Positions 38,535 to 56,143 of a stretch of DNA of 64,000 nt are shown here, piece by piece; position 1 is the stretch's first letter, and the number at the start of each line of letters is the position of its first letter. Both the position numbers and the translations under genes were made by a program. The notes below the pieces were generated by a model. That model was not told the origin of the DNA, did not search any database, and worked only from the letters and a program-made list of their open reading frames with translations. The stretch covers positions 175,708,001 to 175,772,000 of the forward strand of contig OZ024743.1 in the NCBI GenBank assembly GCA_964016885.1, given 5' to 3'. This DNA is from Eledone cirrhosa. Taxonomy: Eukaryota.

Positions 38535-39509
38535 TCAGAAGCCAAGTTTATCTCATTGGTTATTTTATAATGTCTGGTCATTTGGCTTCTCTTGACTTTC
38601 TAATCTGTGTAACCTGTACAACAAGCTGTAATAGAGAGAAACAGACACTTGCATGTCTTCTGATCTCTTCTATTATAACTGAAGTGTCTGAAATGTCGAG
38701 AAAACTAGGTTAGAAATCCTCTTTCATGGTTCACATGACGTGTTGTTACTATTTACTGGATGCTATGCTCATCTGAATGCTGCTTTCCTTCTTTCTCAGC
38801 TTCGGTCTTTAGTTTTATTATTTATTTATTTGTTATTATTATTTCTTTTTTTGGTGGTGGAAGTGGTGGTGGGGATGGTGATCGTAAACTTGCTTTGGTT
38901 CTTGCTCATTTTTTTTGTTTTGTTTTGTGTTGTTTTTATATTATTTCCGATATGGTTTCGATTATAAAAAACTAAAAACTACTAAAATTCTCTCTCGTGA
39001 AACATTTTTCTCTTGATCATGTGTAAATAATACATCGAGACCAGCAATAAATTTTGTATCTCATGTTGGTTTTATGGTCTTTATTTCTGTTATGGTTCTA
39101 GTCATTGTAGGTGTTGCCGTTGTTGTTGTTATGCAACGATAAGTTAGCTGTGACGTATGGAGCATGTAAAAGGTTGTGAACTGGCAGAGTAGTAAAAATG
39201 TCGGATAAATAGCTTTGTGGTATTCGTTTCGGTTCTCCGTTCCTTGTGTTCAAAGTGCACGGAGGACAACATTGTCACTAATCATTTCGAGGTCGATAAA
39301 TAAAGGACCAGTTCTTCTATATATCTTTCATACTTTCGCTCTATCTCAATGTCTTCTTCTCGGAATAAATCTGCAGTCTTCAGACCTGGAGAAAGATGAG
39401 CTCTACAAGGTTTAAATGCCCATTAGGAGTTAAGGGCCACTGAATGAATTACTATTGTTATCCACATATCAAACGTTATGGATCTGCGTTGGTTTCGCCT
39501 AGTTGAAGA

Positions 39510-39820
39510 CCAGCATGTCCGAGTAGTTAAGAAATTCGCTTCACAAACATTAGGTCCCGGGTTCGATCCCATTGCGTGACATATTAAGCAAATGTCATTT
39601 ATTATAGCCTCGGGTGAACCCATGCTTTGTCAGTGAAACTGTTTCGACGGAAACTGTTTGGAAGCCCGTCAGATGGACTGTACCTGCAATTGATAAGGCC
39701 AGCTTTGCTACACACTATGCAACACTGAATTCCCCTGAGAATTACTCTGTCACACATTAATTCCATGAGCAGAATTCTCTACGTATAAAATAACAGGAAC
39801 ACTCATTATCGGTATCGGCG
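39510..39820 (+). mobile_element. tRNA-derived SINE (second family); related or similar copies near 32630-32770 +, 33040-33150 -, 40860-41080 +, 61530-61620 -
   Basis: Box A-like and box B (GGTTCGATCCC) motifs followed by a shared body. Confidence 0.6.
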
Positions 39821-40284
39821 TAGGTCCATTTTGAAGTGTAGTGTGTTAGTCTTAACATATTGTACTTTCTCTAGTACTTAGTCTCTATATATGTACACTT
39901 GTGAAGTGTTGTAGCTACATTCATAACTCTGACGTTTTACCATGAGATAATGCTCTCTGAGACACTTGGTAACGTTTATTCACAAAATAGGGATTTTGTT
40001 TTCATTGTGCTATAAACAGCAGTGTTGAATAGGGTTACTTTAAATCGTTTCACTTTCGTTTTAAGGAGACATTGTGTAACGGTGCATCCAGTTTTGAAAT
40101 AATGTTTCTTTAATTTCTACCTCACTGTACGTCGGGTATTAAAATATCCTTTCTTCAAATCCCTTTACACTATTTTCAAAAGAACAGTTGATAACGCTAT
40201 AACAAGTATTGAAATAAAATTTTTCATTTCTTTATACTTTCAAAGATACAGTTGGTTTGGAGATATCAAGATGTATCACCTGTA

Positions 40285-40592
40285 GATGTTTATAAGGGAG
40301 TGTAGACAACATACTACTAAAATTAAACTCCGACTCCAGTGTATTCTATATTTATAAGACAGTGTAGACAATATACTACTAAAAGTAGACTCTCACCCCG
40401 GTGTAATCTATATTTATAAGATAGTGTAGTCAATATACTACTAAAAGTAAATTCTCACCATAGTGTATTCTATATTTATAAGACAGTGTAGTCAACATAC
40501 TGCTAAAAGCAAAATCTATCTCTAGTGTATTCTATAAGAGAGTGTAGCCCGCTTACTACTTAAAGTAAACTCTCTATTACATTCTATATTTA
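40285..40592 (+). repeat. Minisatellite, ~60-bp unit x5
   Basis: Repeated TATAAG..AGTGTAG.CAA.ATACTACTAAAAGTAAACTC..GTGTATTCTATA. Confidence 0.88.
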
Positions 40593-41197
40593 ATTAATTT
40601 TGATTACAGCAAGTTCAATTCCAAGTTTGTAATCCTAGGCTTTCTTCTTTAGAATTAATTGTCTCAACAAAAGGCGTGTAATTTTAATTAACTGAAATGT
40701 TCGAAATCTTTGTCTCACTACACCTACACTGCTCAGATATCCCTCCCAAGTCTAATGTTAGCTAGATAGGACACAAGTTCAAGTCACGACTCCTCCGCTT
40801 GAAATAAGGCTCACTACAATCCTCACTCTTCAGGTGAAATTCTAACATTTACATATGAAGACGCTCAGTGGTTTAGTGGTTAAGGAGTTCAATTTACGTT
40901 TCTAAGGTCCTGAGTTCGATTTCCACTTGTGCGTTGTGTCTTTCAGTATATTACTTCATTTCACATTGCATCAGTCCACTCATCTGGCAAAAATGAATTG
41001 TATCTGTATTTTAAAAACCAGCCTTGTCACACACCGTTTCATGTTGAAGCCTTCCGAGAACTACGTTAGGTGCACACATATTAACTAGAGTATTCGTCGT
41101 AGGAAGCGATGGGGTGAAACACGCACCAGGGAATGAATTGTACCTATAATTGTGTCTGGTTGAATCTCAATGAGAACTACGTGAAGGGCACATGTGT

Positions 41198-41315
41198 ATG
41201 TAAAAAGCCAGTTAGACCAATACTCACCAGAGTACTCGATACTTGGGGTAGTAGAGTGGGTAATATGGAAAAATTCGGGACCGCAATAGCATAGGGGTCC
41301 CGAATTTGTCCATAT
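41198..41315 (-). mobile_element. Hairpin-plus-tail mini-element, diverged copy 3
   Basis: Same tail (CCAGAGTACTCGATACTTGGGGTAGTAGAGTGGGTAATA) with a shorter hairpin at 41263-41315. Confidence 0.7.
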
Positions 41316-41324
41316 ATATATATA

Positions 41325-41778
41325 TATTTATTGCTGTAGTGGAATCTGTGCTGCTGTATGGGTCTGAGACTTGGACATTGACCAAGAAACTCACCCATAT
41401 GGTGGATGGGTGCTACACGAGAATGCTGAGGATGGCTCTGAACATTAATCAGTATACACTGAGGATGAAAAACTCAGAGCTGTATGGGAGCATCCCAAAA
41501 GTCAGCTCAAAAGTGACACAGAGGAGACTGGGGTTGGCTGGGAATGCTCACCGACATCCAAAGTTGACACTGCACTCAGTGCTCCTGTGGGATCCCCTAC
41601 ATGGACACACTGGAAGAGGAAAACCAAGGTTAACGTATGTTGATGCCCTAAGGACAGACACTGGTCTGTTGGAGACGCAAGACGTGGCAGCGATAATGAG
41701 GGACAGAGACCGCTGAAGAGAACTCGTCCATGGATCTCGGGAATTTTACCCGCCGTAGATAGATAGATAAATAGATAC
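41325..41778 (+). mobile_element. RTE-clade LINE 3' fragment with (TAGA)n tail
   Basis: VESVLLYGSETWTL..CYTRMLR..RRLGLAG..GRGKPRLTY, typical RTE ORF C-terminus. Confidence 0.85.
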
Positions 41779-42239
41779 AATAATAATAATTTGGTAACAA
41801 AGAATCAGTGTTGCATCATATACATGCGTAATCCCATATTACATATGTTTCACTGCTGATCAGATCCAGGGACGATCGATTATGTTCGTTCCTGGACTTA
41901 CGTTCAAAAGTTGCAGAATTCAGCAACATATGGACGTGAGTCTACATGTGAAATCACATATCTGAGGCGCATTCGATTCCAGAGACAGTAAGGAACATAA
42001 TCGATCGTTCCTCGAGCGAGCCGATCGGCACTGAATCATATGTAATATGTTATTAAACATGTATATGATGCAACAGTGATTCTTCGCTCCCTAATTATTA
42101 TTATTGATACTCTGCTCCCCAATAACATCGCAGCTCCTGCTTCGGCAGTCCAGGTCTGCAATTCATTCACCCAGTGCCTGGCAGACAAAAAAGTGCTGCC
42201 ATAAAATGGGTGGTGCAACCTAACTTTGGTAACTTAACT

Positions 42240-42868
42240 GACCCCGCGCAACGCCGGGCTTTAATGTTAGTATATATATAAAGTTGTTGTTGCTGTCTGT
42301 TTGTTTTTTTGTTTGTTTGTTCACGAACTCCTCCTAATGTTTTGGAGATAGAACCCCATAACCATATATATTCTGAAACTACATTGCCCAGGGTACTTGG
42401 ATAAGTATTTTTCATTTTAACTAAAGGGTTCCCCGGGGAAGGGGGAGGGGTGTCCCCGGGGGCACAAACCAAACTCCCGCTGAAAGTTTTCTCACTTCGA
42501 TTCATATGAAATTTAAACCATAGGTAAATGATAAGATATGATGCATATTCATAATGTAATTTTGATTTGATATATTACAAAAAATAATGTTTTCCAATTT
42601 TTCATGCATTACATTTTACATTGAGTAATATTTGTGTCTACTTTAGACACAAGGCCAGCAATTACCCAGTTCATTACTGGTTCTTTATTTTATCGACCCC
42701 GTAAAGGGACGTAACTATGCTGGAAAGCATGGCGTCCGACTCTCTACCGATAGTGCCAATCCACCGCTTTTCTCCATAAATTATATCACTGATTTAAAAT
42801 CAATCATTTTCTTACAAAAAAAAAAAAAATGTGTGAAACGCAGCAAGGCGCAGGTAATTCGGCTAGTA
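42240..42868 (+). mobile_element. Non-autonomous Helitron-like elements in tandem (3' end near 42270; second element 42272-42868 with a SINE inserted)
   Basis: GC-rich subterminal motif followed about 10 nt later by TTAGT/CTAGT (CCCCGCGCAACGCCGGG..TTAGT; CGCAGCAAGGCGCAGG..CTAGT). Confidence 0.55.
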
Positions 42869-43177
42869 TATATATAATTTTGATTATAAGAAATGAGTCA
42901 CCACTTCAATAAAGTCTTCTTGACAAACTCTACTGATTATATTGATGACTAGCTAAGACATTTTCTTTTAGTTGAAATAGTTTACGGAAGACGTACGAGT
43001 ATGTAGATAAAAATTGTAACCATGGAGATTCACTATACCCTATAAAGGAGAACAATACCAATAACACTTTAAATGAGATAATACATTACAAAATATATTT
43101 AGCCGTAAATGTATCTATAAAATATATATATATATATATGCTAGAGTGGAAGATGATGATGATGATAATGATGATGA

Positions 43178-43228
<51 letters not shown>

Positions 43229-43435
43229 AATATAAATTAGCGAGAATCGTATTTCGGCTATTGGAAATTAGCGAAAAACAACTTCCGAGATGTGTGGCAA
43301 GCGCTCAATAGATTATAACGATCCAGAGCTACAACATACGTTAAAAGGCCAAACACACTGAGACGATGGTTAAACCATTATCCGCACAGCCATAGAAACG
43401 ACCAAGTAATTCGGGTCAAACAAATAAAAAAAATA

Positions 43436-43482
<47 letters not shown>

Positions 43483-43488
<6 letters not shown>

Positions 43489-44100
43489 AAAAAGGGATGA
43501 AATCGAAAATGCAACTGAAGTCTTATTTTTTAAAAAAATATATATATTTATTTGGTTCCTTTACCGGTTTCGCAGTTCTTCTGCTTTTCAAAAGGTGAGT
43601 TGAGATGGAGGGTCTGTGGTTTTTCTCACATCTGGTTGGTCTCTAAATGTTACTTGTTTTATATGGAAAAAGTGGCTCGTAAACCAGGTTTTTCGAGAAG
43701 TAATTTGATTGGTTTGTCAATAATTATAATAAATTTCGCGCCAGTTCGCGTTACAATAGTTCTTCAAATAAGAGAGGGGGGTGGGGGGTTGTCACAGGTT
43801 GTTTTTTCATATATGAGTGTTTGAATTTCTTTTTACTTGAAAAAATGAGGCTCACGAAGGCTTTTTTTTGGTTGGTTATAAATGAAATTTGGCTGTCACG
43901 TGAACAAGTTTTCATTACATTTTTGCGCCCTTATTTGGAAAACTATTCTGTAGTCTTTATAGTGAATGTTATGACAATGGAGAGATAGTGGTCAAGGGAA
44001 AAGGGATTGGGAGAAATGTTCTGGTTCAGTGAATATGGCCAGCTGTCAGAGTTCGTGTAGGACACCTCGGTTATTTTTCATTTTGTAAAAAAAACCTCAC

Positions 44101-44107
<7 letters not shown>
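43483..44107 (-). mobile_element. Penelope-like 3' remnant with degenerate hammerhead (43557-43595)
   Basis: Minus strand CCTT-TTGAAAA-GCAG/CTGC-GAAA-CCGG-TA-AAGG; flanked by (TA)n; both ends recur around the Gypsy element. Confidence 0.55.
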
Positions 44108-44179
<72 letters not shown>

Positions 44180-44205
44180 ATAAATGTATATATATATATA
44201 TATAT

Positions 44206-44408
44206 AACGAAGGAAATGTGGTAAGGAACCAGGTGGACCATAACGCACCAAAGTACTCAATGCTTGAGGTAGTAGAGTGGGTAATAGGAACCAGTAAGAC
44301 CCCGACAGCTGAGCTCAAGCCGTTTCGACGGCTAATTCTGGACTAGTAGTTCAGAATTAGCCGTCGAAACGGCTTGAGCTCAGCTGTCGGGGTCTTACTG
44401 GTTCCTAT
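44206..44408 (-). mobile_element. Hairpin-plus-tail mini-element, copy 4
   Basis: Near-perfect ~58-bp arms 44284-44408, shared tail 44206-44283, inside (TA)n. Confidence 0.85.
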
Positions 44409-44477
44409 ATATATATATATATATGTATATAAATATATATGTGTGTGTGTGTGTGTAGATAAATATATAAATGTGCG

Positions 44478-44510
<33 letters not shown>

Positions 44511-44577
44511 GTACATTTATATATATATATACATATATATGTATGTATATATACCTATACACACACACGCACGCACG

Positions 44578-44614
<37 letters not shown>

Positions 44615-45379
44615 GTGAGAGGTTATGTTTAAAAAGCACCATGATTTCAATATATTAAGCAGCATGATATGGTTTCTAATGTAGTCAAAAGAGTTGCTTA
44701 GAATTATACAAATAATAAAACGAAGAGGTCTTATTATATACATTAAAGACGTTTTTTTTTTTATTCATGACCTTAAAATCAATAAACTGTATTCATGTAT
44801 AATACAATAGCAGTTATTGTTAAACGTAGTAGATAATTTTATTGATTTAAAGTAACATGTGTTATAAGACAAGATTTATCTTCATAATATATTCTATTCT
44901 CGACATATTAACTACATATTCAGAGCTGTGGATTGGCAGAATCGCTGGACCATCGGACAAAATGTTTTGCTATATTGGTTACAAAGTCATCTTGCCGTTC
45001 ATTCTTCCGAGGTTGATAAAATAAAGTACCAATTTAATATACAAGGGTGAGAGTAGGAGATTTAAACTACCTCCTAACCTCAGACTAAAAAAAACCCCAA
45101 AATCCCTAATTTAGAAAACTATTATATTAAGTATATGTGATGACTGCATTCATCTAAACGGCACAACTCTACGTTGAAGTTCAGACTGCTTTTCTTTTTT
45201 GAAAAAGTACTTGTTAGAAAGTCGGATATGATGGTCTGAAATATTCATTCCGGCTGTGTGCGCAGTCCGTTCTAATTCCTCCGACGCCCCCTCTACATTT
45301 AATTCTATGGAGGTCGATAAAAAGTTCCAGTCTGGTAGTGCGATCTATTCTACCCCCTCTCTCTCTTTATACATACATA

Positions 45380-45427
<48 letters not shown>

Positions 45428-45438
45428 TAAATAAATAC

Positions 45439-48920
<3,482 letters not shown>

Positions 48921-49649
48921 TTTATATATATATATATACATATGTTAGGTAATTAAGAAGGAAAAGCAAAGGAAAAAACAGTGCTCTTAATTATAAAGTG
49001 AACAACACAAAATATAACTACTCCATTACCAAAGGTTTCTGGATCCCAGACAATATTATATACGTCTGGATCGGTTATCAGACTGAGATGTTACGGATAA
49101 AAAATATGAAATGGGATTTAAAATCTGTTAAAAATTGGAAGTGAGGCTGGAAAGATAACGGGAAATATACATAAGAAAAGACGGCTGAGAAAAATAATAT
49201 ATAAAAGTATATAGCAATATAGAAAAAGACATATGTGTGCATAGATATACACACACATACACACATTCAGATAAAAGTAAAATATATATATGTATATATA
49301 TCAAAGGTATATATTGAGTTAGAAACTCAAAATAGTCTCTTACAAAATAGTCTCTTAGGAAAGAGATTTTTCCGAGCCGTATATTATAATTGAATATAAA
49401 AGAAAAACGAACACAGATATATACATATATGTGTTCAAATCGTAAGGGACCAGATTCGCTAAGGTGAAAAGATTACTAAATATAGACTACACTAGTCTGC
49501 AAACACATATATATACACACACACAGACACACACACATATATATATATAAATATATCTACACATATATATACATACGAAAATATACAGGCATACACACTC
49601 ACATACACATATACATACATACGTACACACACACAAGCAACCATACACG

Positions 49650-49688
<39 letters not shown>

Positions 49689-50060
49689 CCAAAATGAAAT
49701 TAAATTAAGGGTCATGTCCGAGACATGCGCCTTATCCACCGTAGAATAAGCTCAAAGATTCCAATGAATAGATCCGAGCATTTTATATCAACTAGAAATT
49801 GATTGACATATATATATATATATCTAAAATAAACACATGAAACAATCACAGGGGATAATTTGTAAAGTGTGTAAGCACACATAGCTAGGTAGGTAACCAA
49901 TTAAAGTTTAACTAAAGTGCATGCAAGGGTGGCAGAAAAGGATGGAAAAGTGCATTAGACGCCAGGGGGATTGCGTTGAAGGAGAAAACTCTTAGTGTGA
50001 AGTTTGGGTTTGAAATAAATCTTTTGTGACATCAGTCCTGGAACTTTTCTGACACTCCTC

Positions 50061-50148
<88 letters not shown>

Positions 50149-50276
50149 TATATATATATAAAAATATGTGTTAGGTAATTCAGAAGAAAAAGCAAAGGAA
50201 AGACGAGTGCTCTATGTATAGAACAGAGCTATAAAAATATATAAATATAAATAATATATATGTGCGTGTGTGTATG

Positions 50277-50332
50277 AGCGAATATTTCCTGCTAAATAGG
50301 AAGGGTTTCTAAGGGAAGTGTGTTTGTGTGTA

Positions 50333-50396
<64 letters not shown>

Positions 50397-50536
50397 TTTA
50401 TATATGTGGGTGTCTGTGACCGATATACAGTGGTCACAGATACACACACACACACACACACATATGTATATATACACACATACACACAAACACACTTCCT
50501 TTAGAAACCCTTCCTATTTAGCAGGAAATATTCGCT
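50277..50536. repeat. Fold-back inverted repeat with microsatellite-containing arms
   Basis: AGCGAATATTTCCTGCTAAATAGGAAGGGTTTCTAA.. mirrored at 50492-50536; centre TCTGTGACC..GGTCACAGA. Confidence 0.88.
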
Positions 50537-50640
50537 ACACACATAGATACAGTAATGCGGTATTCGATTCTTTGAAATGATTTGTTATAATTTCATTCAG
50601 CAACACCATCAGCACTCTCTCTCTTCCATTTTCTATATCT

Positions 50641-50730
<90 letters not shown>

Positions 50731-50746
50731 ATTTTCTATATCTTCT

Positions 50747-50807
<61 letters not shown>

Positions 50808-51052
50808 ACTCTCTCTCTCTCTCTCTTTCAATGTCTCTCTTTCAATCTACGCTCTCACAGCCACTATTCCTTTCTCTCTTTCTGTTTATGAAGGTAGCCG
50901 GAAAAACTCGGGAATCCGTGCACCGATTTACGCGAAACTTGTTTTATTCCATTTGTATTCCCATTTCAGGGGTAAATTATTTACCCCTTATGCACCGATT
51001 TGGCTGTATTAAATTACAGAGAAACACACGATCACAGAGTTTTAGTAGTATA

Positions 51053-51509
51053 CTAGCCTACACGTGACCCGTCGGGTCACGTTTGCTTAAGAATATATTT
51101 TTTAAAATCATGTTGACCCTCCACCACCATATATTCTAAACTCCTGTCAAATAATTCAACAAAAGAACACCACCAAGAAAAAGAAAGATCTTCCCCACAC
51201 ACTAGGGATTGAAAGGGTGGAGGAGTGGAAGGAGAACTTTGTCATTCTTTACAGAAGATGAAAATATTTGTTGTTTCAAAGTAAAAAATACTGGAGTGGG
51301 ATATAGAGAGGGAGAGAGAATTTGGTAGTTTAATGAGAAAGAGGAAATTGTGAGTGAGAGTGAAGTATGTAGTGGGATATAGAGAGCGGGAGAGAATTTG
51401 TTGGTTTTGTGAGAGGGTATTGTGAGAATGAGAGAGACTGAGGTATGTAGTGGAATATAGAGGGTGGCAGAGAGTTTTGTGGTTTAGTGAGAGAGGGGGA
51501 ATTGTGAAA

Positions 51510-51512
<3 letters not shown>
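51053..51512 (-). mobile_element. Non-autonomous Helitron-like element with internal ~80-bp tandem repeat (51290-51510)
   Basis: Minus-strand 3' end: ACGTGACCCG-A-CGGGTCACGT hairpin then CTAG before T. Confidence 0.65.
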
Positions 51513-51554
<42 letters not shown>

Positions 51555-51927
51555 TTATATTTCCTTCTCTGGAGAAGGTATGGGTTTCACCAAAATTAAA
51601 ATGCCCAAGAAACGCTATGTAACTACGGCACACCGACAAACTCCAACGAGAGTTACAGGTCCATATACTTATCTATACAACTATGCTTTATTTTATTATT
51701 TTATAAACACACACATATATGCACATGCACGAAATGCATACCCAGTATCAGTCATGATAATACAAGAAAAAGATTCACCTTCCAATAACAAGGTCAAGCG
51801 TTTTAACCAAACAGTGAGAGAGAGAGAGAGAGAGAGGAAGAGAGAGAGAGAAAAAAGAGAGAGAGAAGCACACACACACATACACATATATGTATATATA
51901 TATGTATATATATAAATATATATATAT

Positions 51928-53975
51928 ATATTGTTATACTTGGGGAGGGTCATATTTGTGTAATATTGCCAGAATTAGTCACAGAACACACTCACTGTTT
52001 GGTTGGTTTTCGCTTTTCGCTTCTGTGTCTTTTATATCGGTTAATTTAATTTATTCGGTCCTCAATGTTACCATTGACTGACCAACGGTCAAAAATACAG
52101 ATACAATATAGACACTAACACATATATATATAGTTTATTAAAGTTCTTTCGTTGCACATCTGCAACATCGTCAGTGGGGCTATTGTTTCCTCCCGTTGCA
52201 TTGTATTTTCTACGCCATCTTTATTTAGTCTGTTTATATATTTATTTATTTGTTTATTTTTTGTCTTCTTTGCGCATGCGTTTGCGTGTGTGTATAGTGT
52301 TTTGTTTGATGTGTGTTCGTGATTGGGTGACTGTGTATTGGTTAATGTATTCTATCTTTACTAGTGTGTGTTTATATGTGTTTGTTGTTATTGTGCTTTT
52401 GTATGCATTTATTTATTTATTTATACTTCTCTTAGGTCAGTGTTGTTTGTTTGGGTGTTGTTGTTATTCCATTCATTTTTTCTGTTTAGCCTTAGCTTTT
52501 CTAAGTTCTATTTCACTGGCCTCTCTGATTTGCCTATCTGCTGGGTCATTTCTATGTTTAATTATTCTAATTTCTATGTTGTCTATGTTACCGTCGTGTT
52601 GTTATCTAGCATGTTCGTATAGTACTGAACCGTTTTTTCGTCCTTTTAGTTCCTCCCAGTGTTGGTCTATCCTTTCACCTATGCTACGAGCTGTCTCGCC
52701 TATGTATGTTGTTGTCATGTTTCTGCAAGTACCCTCTGTACATCTTATGCTATAGACTACGTTTCTAGTTTTACAGTTTATCCGGGGTTTACCTTACATA
52801 TGATACATTTCCTATTAGTACAGTGGGTTTTCTTAAAAGGGTAGGTTTTGCTGATCTGGGATTTTATGGTGGTTCCTGGCTTTTCTACCACCTTAATCTT
52901 TAAGTGGGTCTTTCTCAGGGCCTATCTACACTGGTTAGCTAATTTCCCTCCAGGGGTAGCGTCCACAAACATGACACTCTGGTATCTCTATTTGTCGTAC
53001 CATGAAGTGGCTTTCCCTATCTTATGTCTAGCCCTATCTAAGCTATTCCATGATTTGCTCCTGTATAATGGGCAAATCCCTTTCATGTCCAGTTCTATGA
53101 GGGTCTTATACTTCTCCATGGCTCCTTCGTATACTCTAACTCTGTCTCTTTGGTTGTAGCCAGAGAACTGCATGCGGTTGATGAAGTGTTGGATGTGTCT
53201 TTCCATTTCTGTTGGGTCGCACATGCGGGACACGTTCTTCATCACTCGTACCAAGTCTGCGATCAGAATATTAAACTTAGCACTACTGGACATTGCTGAG
53301 TTTTTGAGTATCACGTATTTGGAGGCCATGGGTTTAGCATAGTTTGAGTGGAGAATTTGGACTCTCTCGTCTATAGTGTTAATCCAGAGTTCCGTGTCTA
53401 ATACAGGTAGTCTATTGTTAGGGTCTTTGGAAGGGTAGTCGATAGTTACAGTTATACTCTGGTGTATGGAATTAGCTATCTGCTAGATGCTTTCCATTGT
53501 GGTACGTTCTAAATCAAACTTGTTAGTGCTCTCTTGTGGGGATGTTCTTATAACCATATTGATATCGTCTACGTAATGAGAGTACATGATGAGGTCTATG
53601 GAGCTCTCATTAAGGAGATCTTTAAGTCTCCTTTTCCACCATACCATAAAAAGGTTGGCAACGTCACCAGCTATGCTGACGCCAATTGCTGCTCCCTCTT
53701 TTTGGGTGTAGATCTTCTCGTTGAACTTGAATATGTGGCCCTTTAGGGTAGTTTTGATACTAGCCCCTATTGCATGTGCGACCATTTTTCTTACCTGATC
53801 ATTGTTTTGGGGGGTCCGTATATCTTTGGTCCACTCAATCCACCTTCCCAATTAAATTAACCGATATAAAGGACACAGAAGCGAAAAGCGAAAACCAACC
53901 AAACAGTGAGTGTGTTCTGTTATTAATTCTGGCAATATTACACAAATATGACCCTCCCGAAGTATAACAATATTT
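51928..53975 (-). mobile_element. Penelope-like element (Neptune-like), 5'-truncated, bracketed by ~125-bp inverted repeats
   Basis: QKEGAAIG, YVDD, DYPS..LPVLD, KPMAS..SAM, VVYSIRC..TYIGETARS (GIY-YIG); hammerhead-like core at 52131-52183 (minus). 51928-52052 is the reverse complement of 53851-53975. Confidence 0.85.
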
Positions 53976-54157
53976 GTTTCGACACACGATTTCATATCAA
54001 AAACCTCGCAAAACTAATATATATACATATATATATATATATATGACTCCAGTTCCTCAGTGAATTAACAACCCAACAAGGAACTGGGCATATCAGAGTA
54101 TTGACAATATTATACACCTAAACAACATATGTACTTGTCTATACCATACTAATTCAA

Positions 54158-54212
54158 ACTGCCTGAAGAGGTCACAGCCAAAGATGGCTGTCACTGAAAT
54201 ATATATAGCAGT
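54158..54212 (+). ncRNA. Type I hammerhead ribozyme
   Basis: ACTGC-CTGAAGA-GGTCACAGCCA/TGGCTGTCACT-GAAA-TATATA-TA-GCAGT. Confidence 0.8.
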
Positions 54213-54256
54213 AATAAACGAAGGTAAATTTTAATCATTTGACTTTTATTTAACTT

Positions 54257-54304
<48 letters not shown>

Positions 54305-55474
54305 GTTAATTTTTTTAACTTCATCCTATAAATCTAAGCACAAACTTAACGTTCCAATTTTCTGTCGGACTGTTGCGTTGGTTTTCCTGGCTGCGAGACC
54401 GGCCTCCTGGTGCATAGGCCTACCTTGAGTGCTTGGAAAATTAAATTTCCTCTTCTTTCGGTAAATAAAATTACTCGGAGCGGATTGATTCGCCCGGGAG
54501 CCCGCCGCGCAGCCGTTTTTTGACCGCCATATAGTACCTTTAAATTCTAGGCCTAATCATAACTATTAGCTGTATCATGCCTACTTCTACTTAAACAAAT
54601 CCCCCTCCTGTGTAAATTAATAGTACTTGTTTGGTATAACGATGGCCTAACGACGATGGCCGACTTCCCACTAGCACACCTGAAGCCTGGAATATATTCC
54701 TGGAGTGCTTGGAAAAATTGATTTCCATATCTTTCGCTAAGCGATCTCACTCGGAATGGCTGACACGTGGTTAGGATGGGCTGGCCGGAGTCTGCAGTCG
54801 CCGCATGCTGTTTGACTGTTAAACAAGGACATAATCTTCACTCTACATCCCACTTGGATAACTTATCGAGGATCTCTATAATACAATTAAAGTTTCTTCA
54901 TAAAAGACTCTTTCTTTAACTAAACCTCGCAACCCAAAACCTTAAACATTTTTTTAAACTGTTTAATTTTCAATTTTCTAAATTTAATTTTATAATGTTA
55001 ATCTTTAATTTTTTTTAACTTCATCCTATAAATCTAAACAAAAATTTAACGTTCCAAATTTCTGTTCACACATTATACCATGTAGACTCCCACTATATAT
55101 ACCTCTGTTATAAGATATACCTCTGTTAAGATACGGGTCCTTTAGAATAACTTTTTTCGCGGCAATTCCTGGCCTGACTGTAGCATGACATTAATGCTGA
55201 CTTTTCTTCCTCTTTCTTTCTGTCTTTTTTCTTGTAGCATGACATTAACGCTGACTTTTCTTCCTCTTCCTTTCTGTTTTTCTTCTCTTTGACCGGGAGG
55301 TTAGTAGTACACTATAAGCTTTAGCCCCCTCACCAGATGGCCTTATGTAGGCCGAATGGCCAGTACTTGAGGGCGACCGGCTAAAGTGGAAGATGCTAGA
55401 TGGTCGGTCGTCCTCGGGCCTATGATTTTCAGCCCCATGGACTATATCTGTTACATTCATTTATTATATTTCGA

Positions 55475-55532
55475 ATACCTGATGATATCACCGGATTCAT
55501 ACGGAACCCGATCATTGAAATGATCATAGTAT
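55475..55532 (+). ncRNA. Type I hammerhead ribozyme (imperfect stem II)
   Basis: ATAC-CTGATGA-...-GAAA-TGATCA-TA-GTAT; palindromic stem III ATGATCAT. Confidence 0.65.
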
Positions 55533-55724
55533 AATAAACCTTTCAAGGATTTACACAAGTCCAGCCTCCTGTTATTTTATTATAATATTTAACTCCGTAC
55601 TCGCACCACCAACTACACAAACGAAGACGGTTGAGCTGCTTTACGTTGAGTACTCTCCATATTATTACATCAAGATTGACCATACGGAATTGACCAGCTC
55701 TATCCAGTGGTGAACCTTCAAACC

Positions 55725-55765
<41 letters not shown>

Positions 55766-55823
55766 GTGAGGTTTTTTTTACAAAATGAAAAATAACCGAG
55801 GTGTCCTACACGAGTGAATGTAT

Positions 55824-56143
55824 TTTAGGCGGGGTGGTCAGACATCCCGTCTAACTGGATATAGTATACTGGCACATAGTCAAACAAGGAAGAAGGAACA
55901 TACCTCAGTATTATGTTATAGAAACATTTTTTTGATAGGAGCAATTACAGAATATATTCAAATACATTAGTGCTCCTAGGTTGGGATATATTTTATCGTC
56001 TTTTGGATCACTGCGTGGAAAACACGTCTATTCACCCCGAGGTATCACCGTTCAAGAGCTATTGTTTCAGCTACTGACGTCAGAACTAAGGGCAGTTAAT
56101 CGACTGCCTTCAAAGTCGTTGCTAGATGGCGTGATCTTCTACA
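55824..56143 (-). repeat. Gypsy 3' LTR (preceded on the minus strand by PPT TGGTGGGAGGACA, 56144-56156)
   Basis: Direct repeat of 60662-61029. Confidence 0.93.

Noticed and set aside
40860-40930. tRNA-like sequence
   Set aside because: No closing acceptor stem, and it continues into a SINE body; it is a SINE head, as is the one near 39515.
52174-52755. 193-aa hydrophobic plus-strand ORF
   Set aside because: Antisense to the A-rich Penelope GIY-YIG/3' region.
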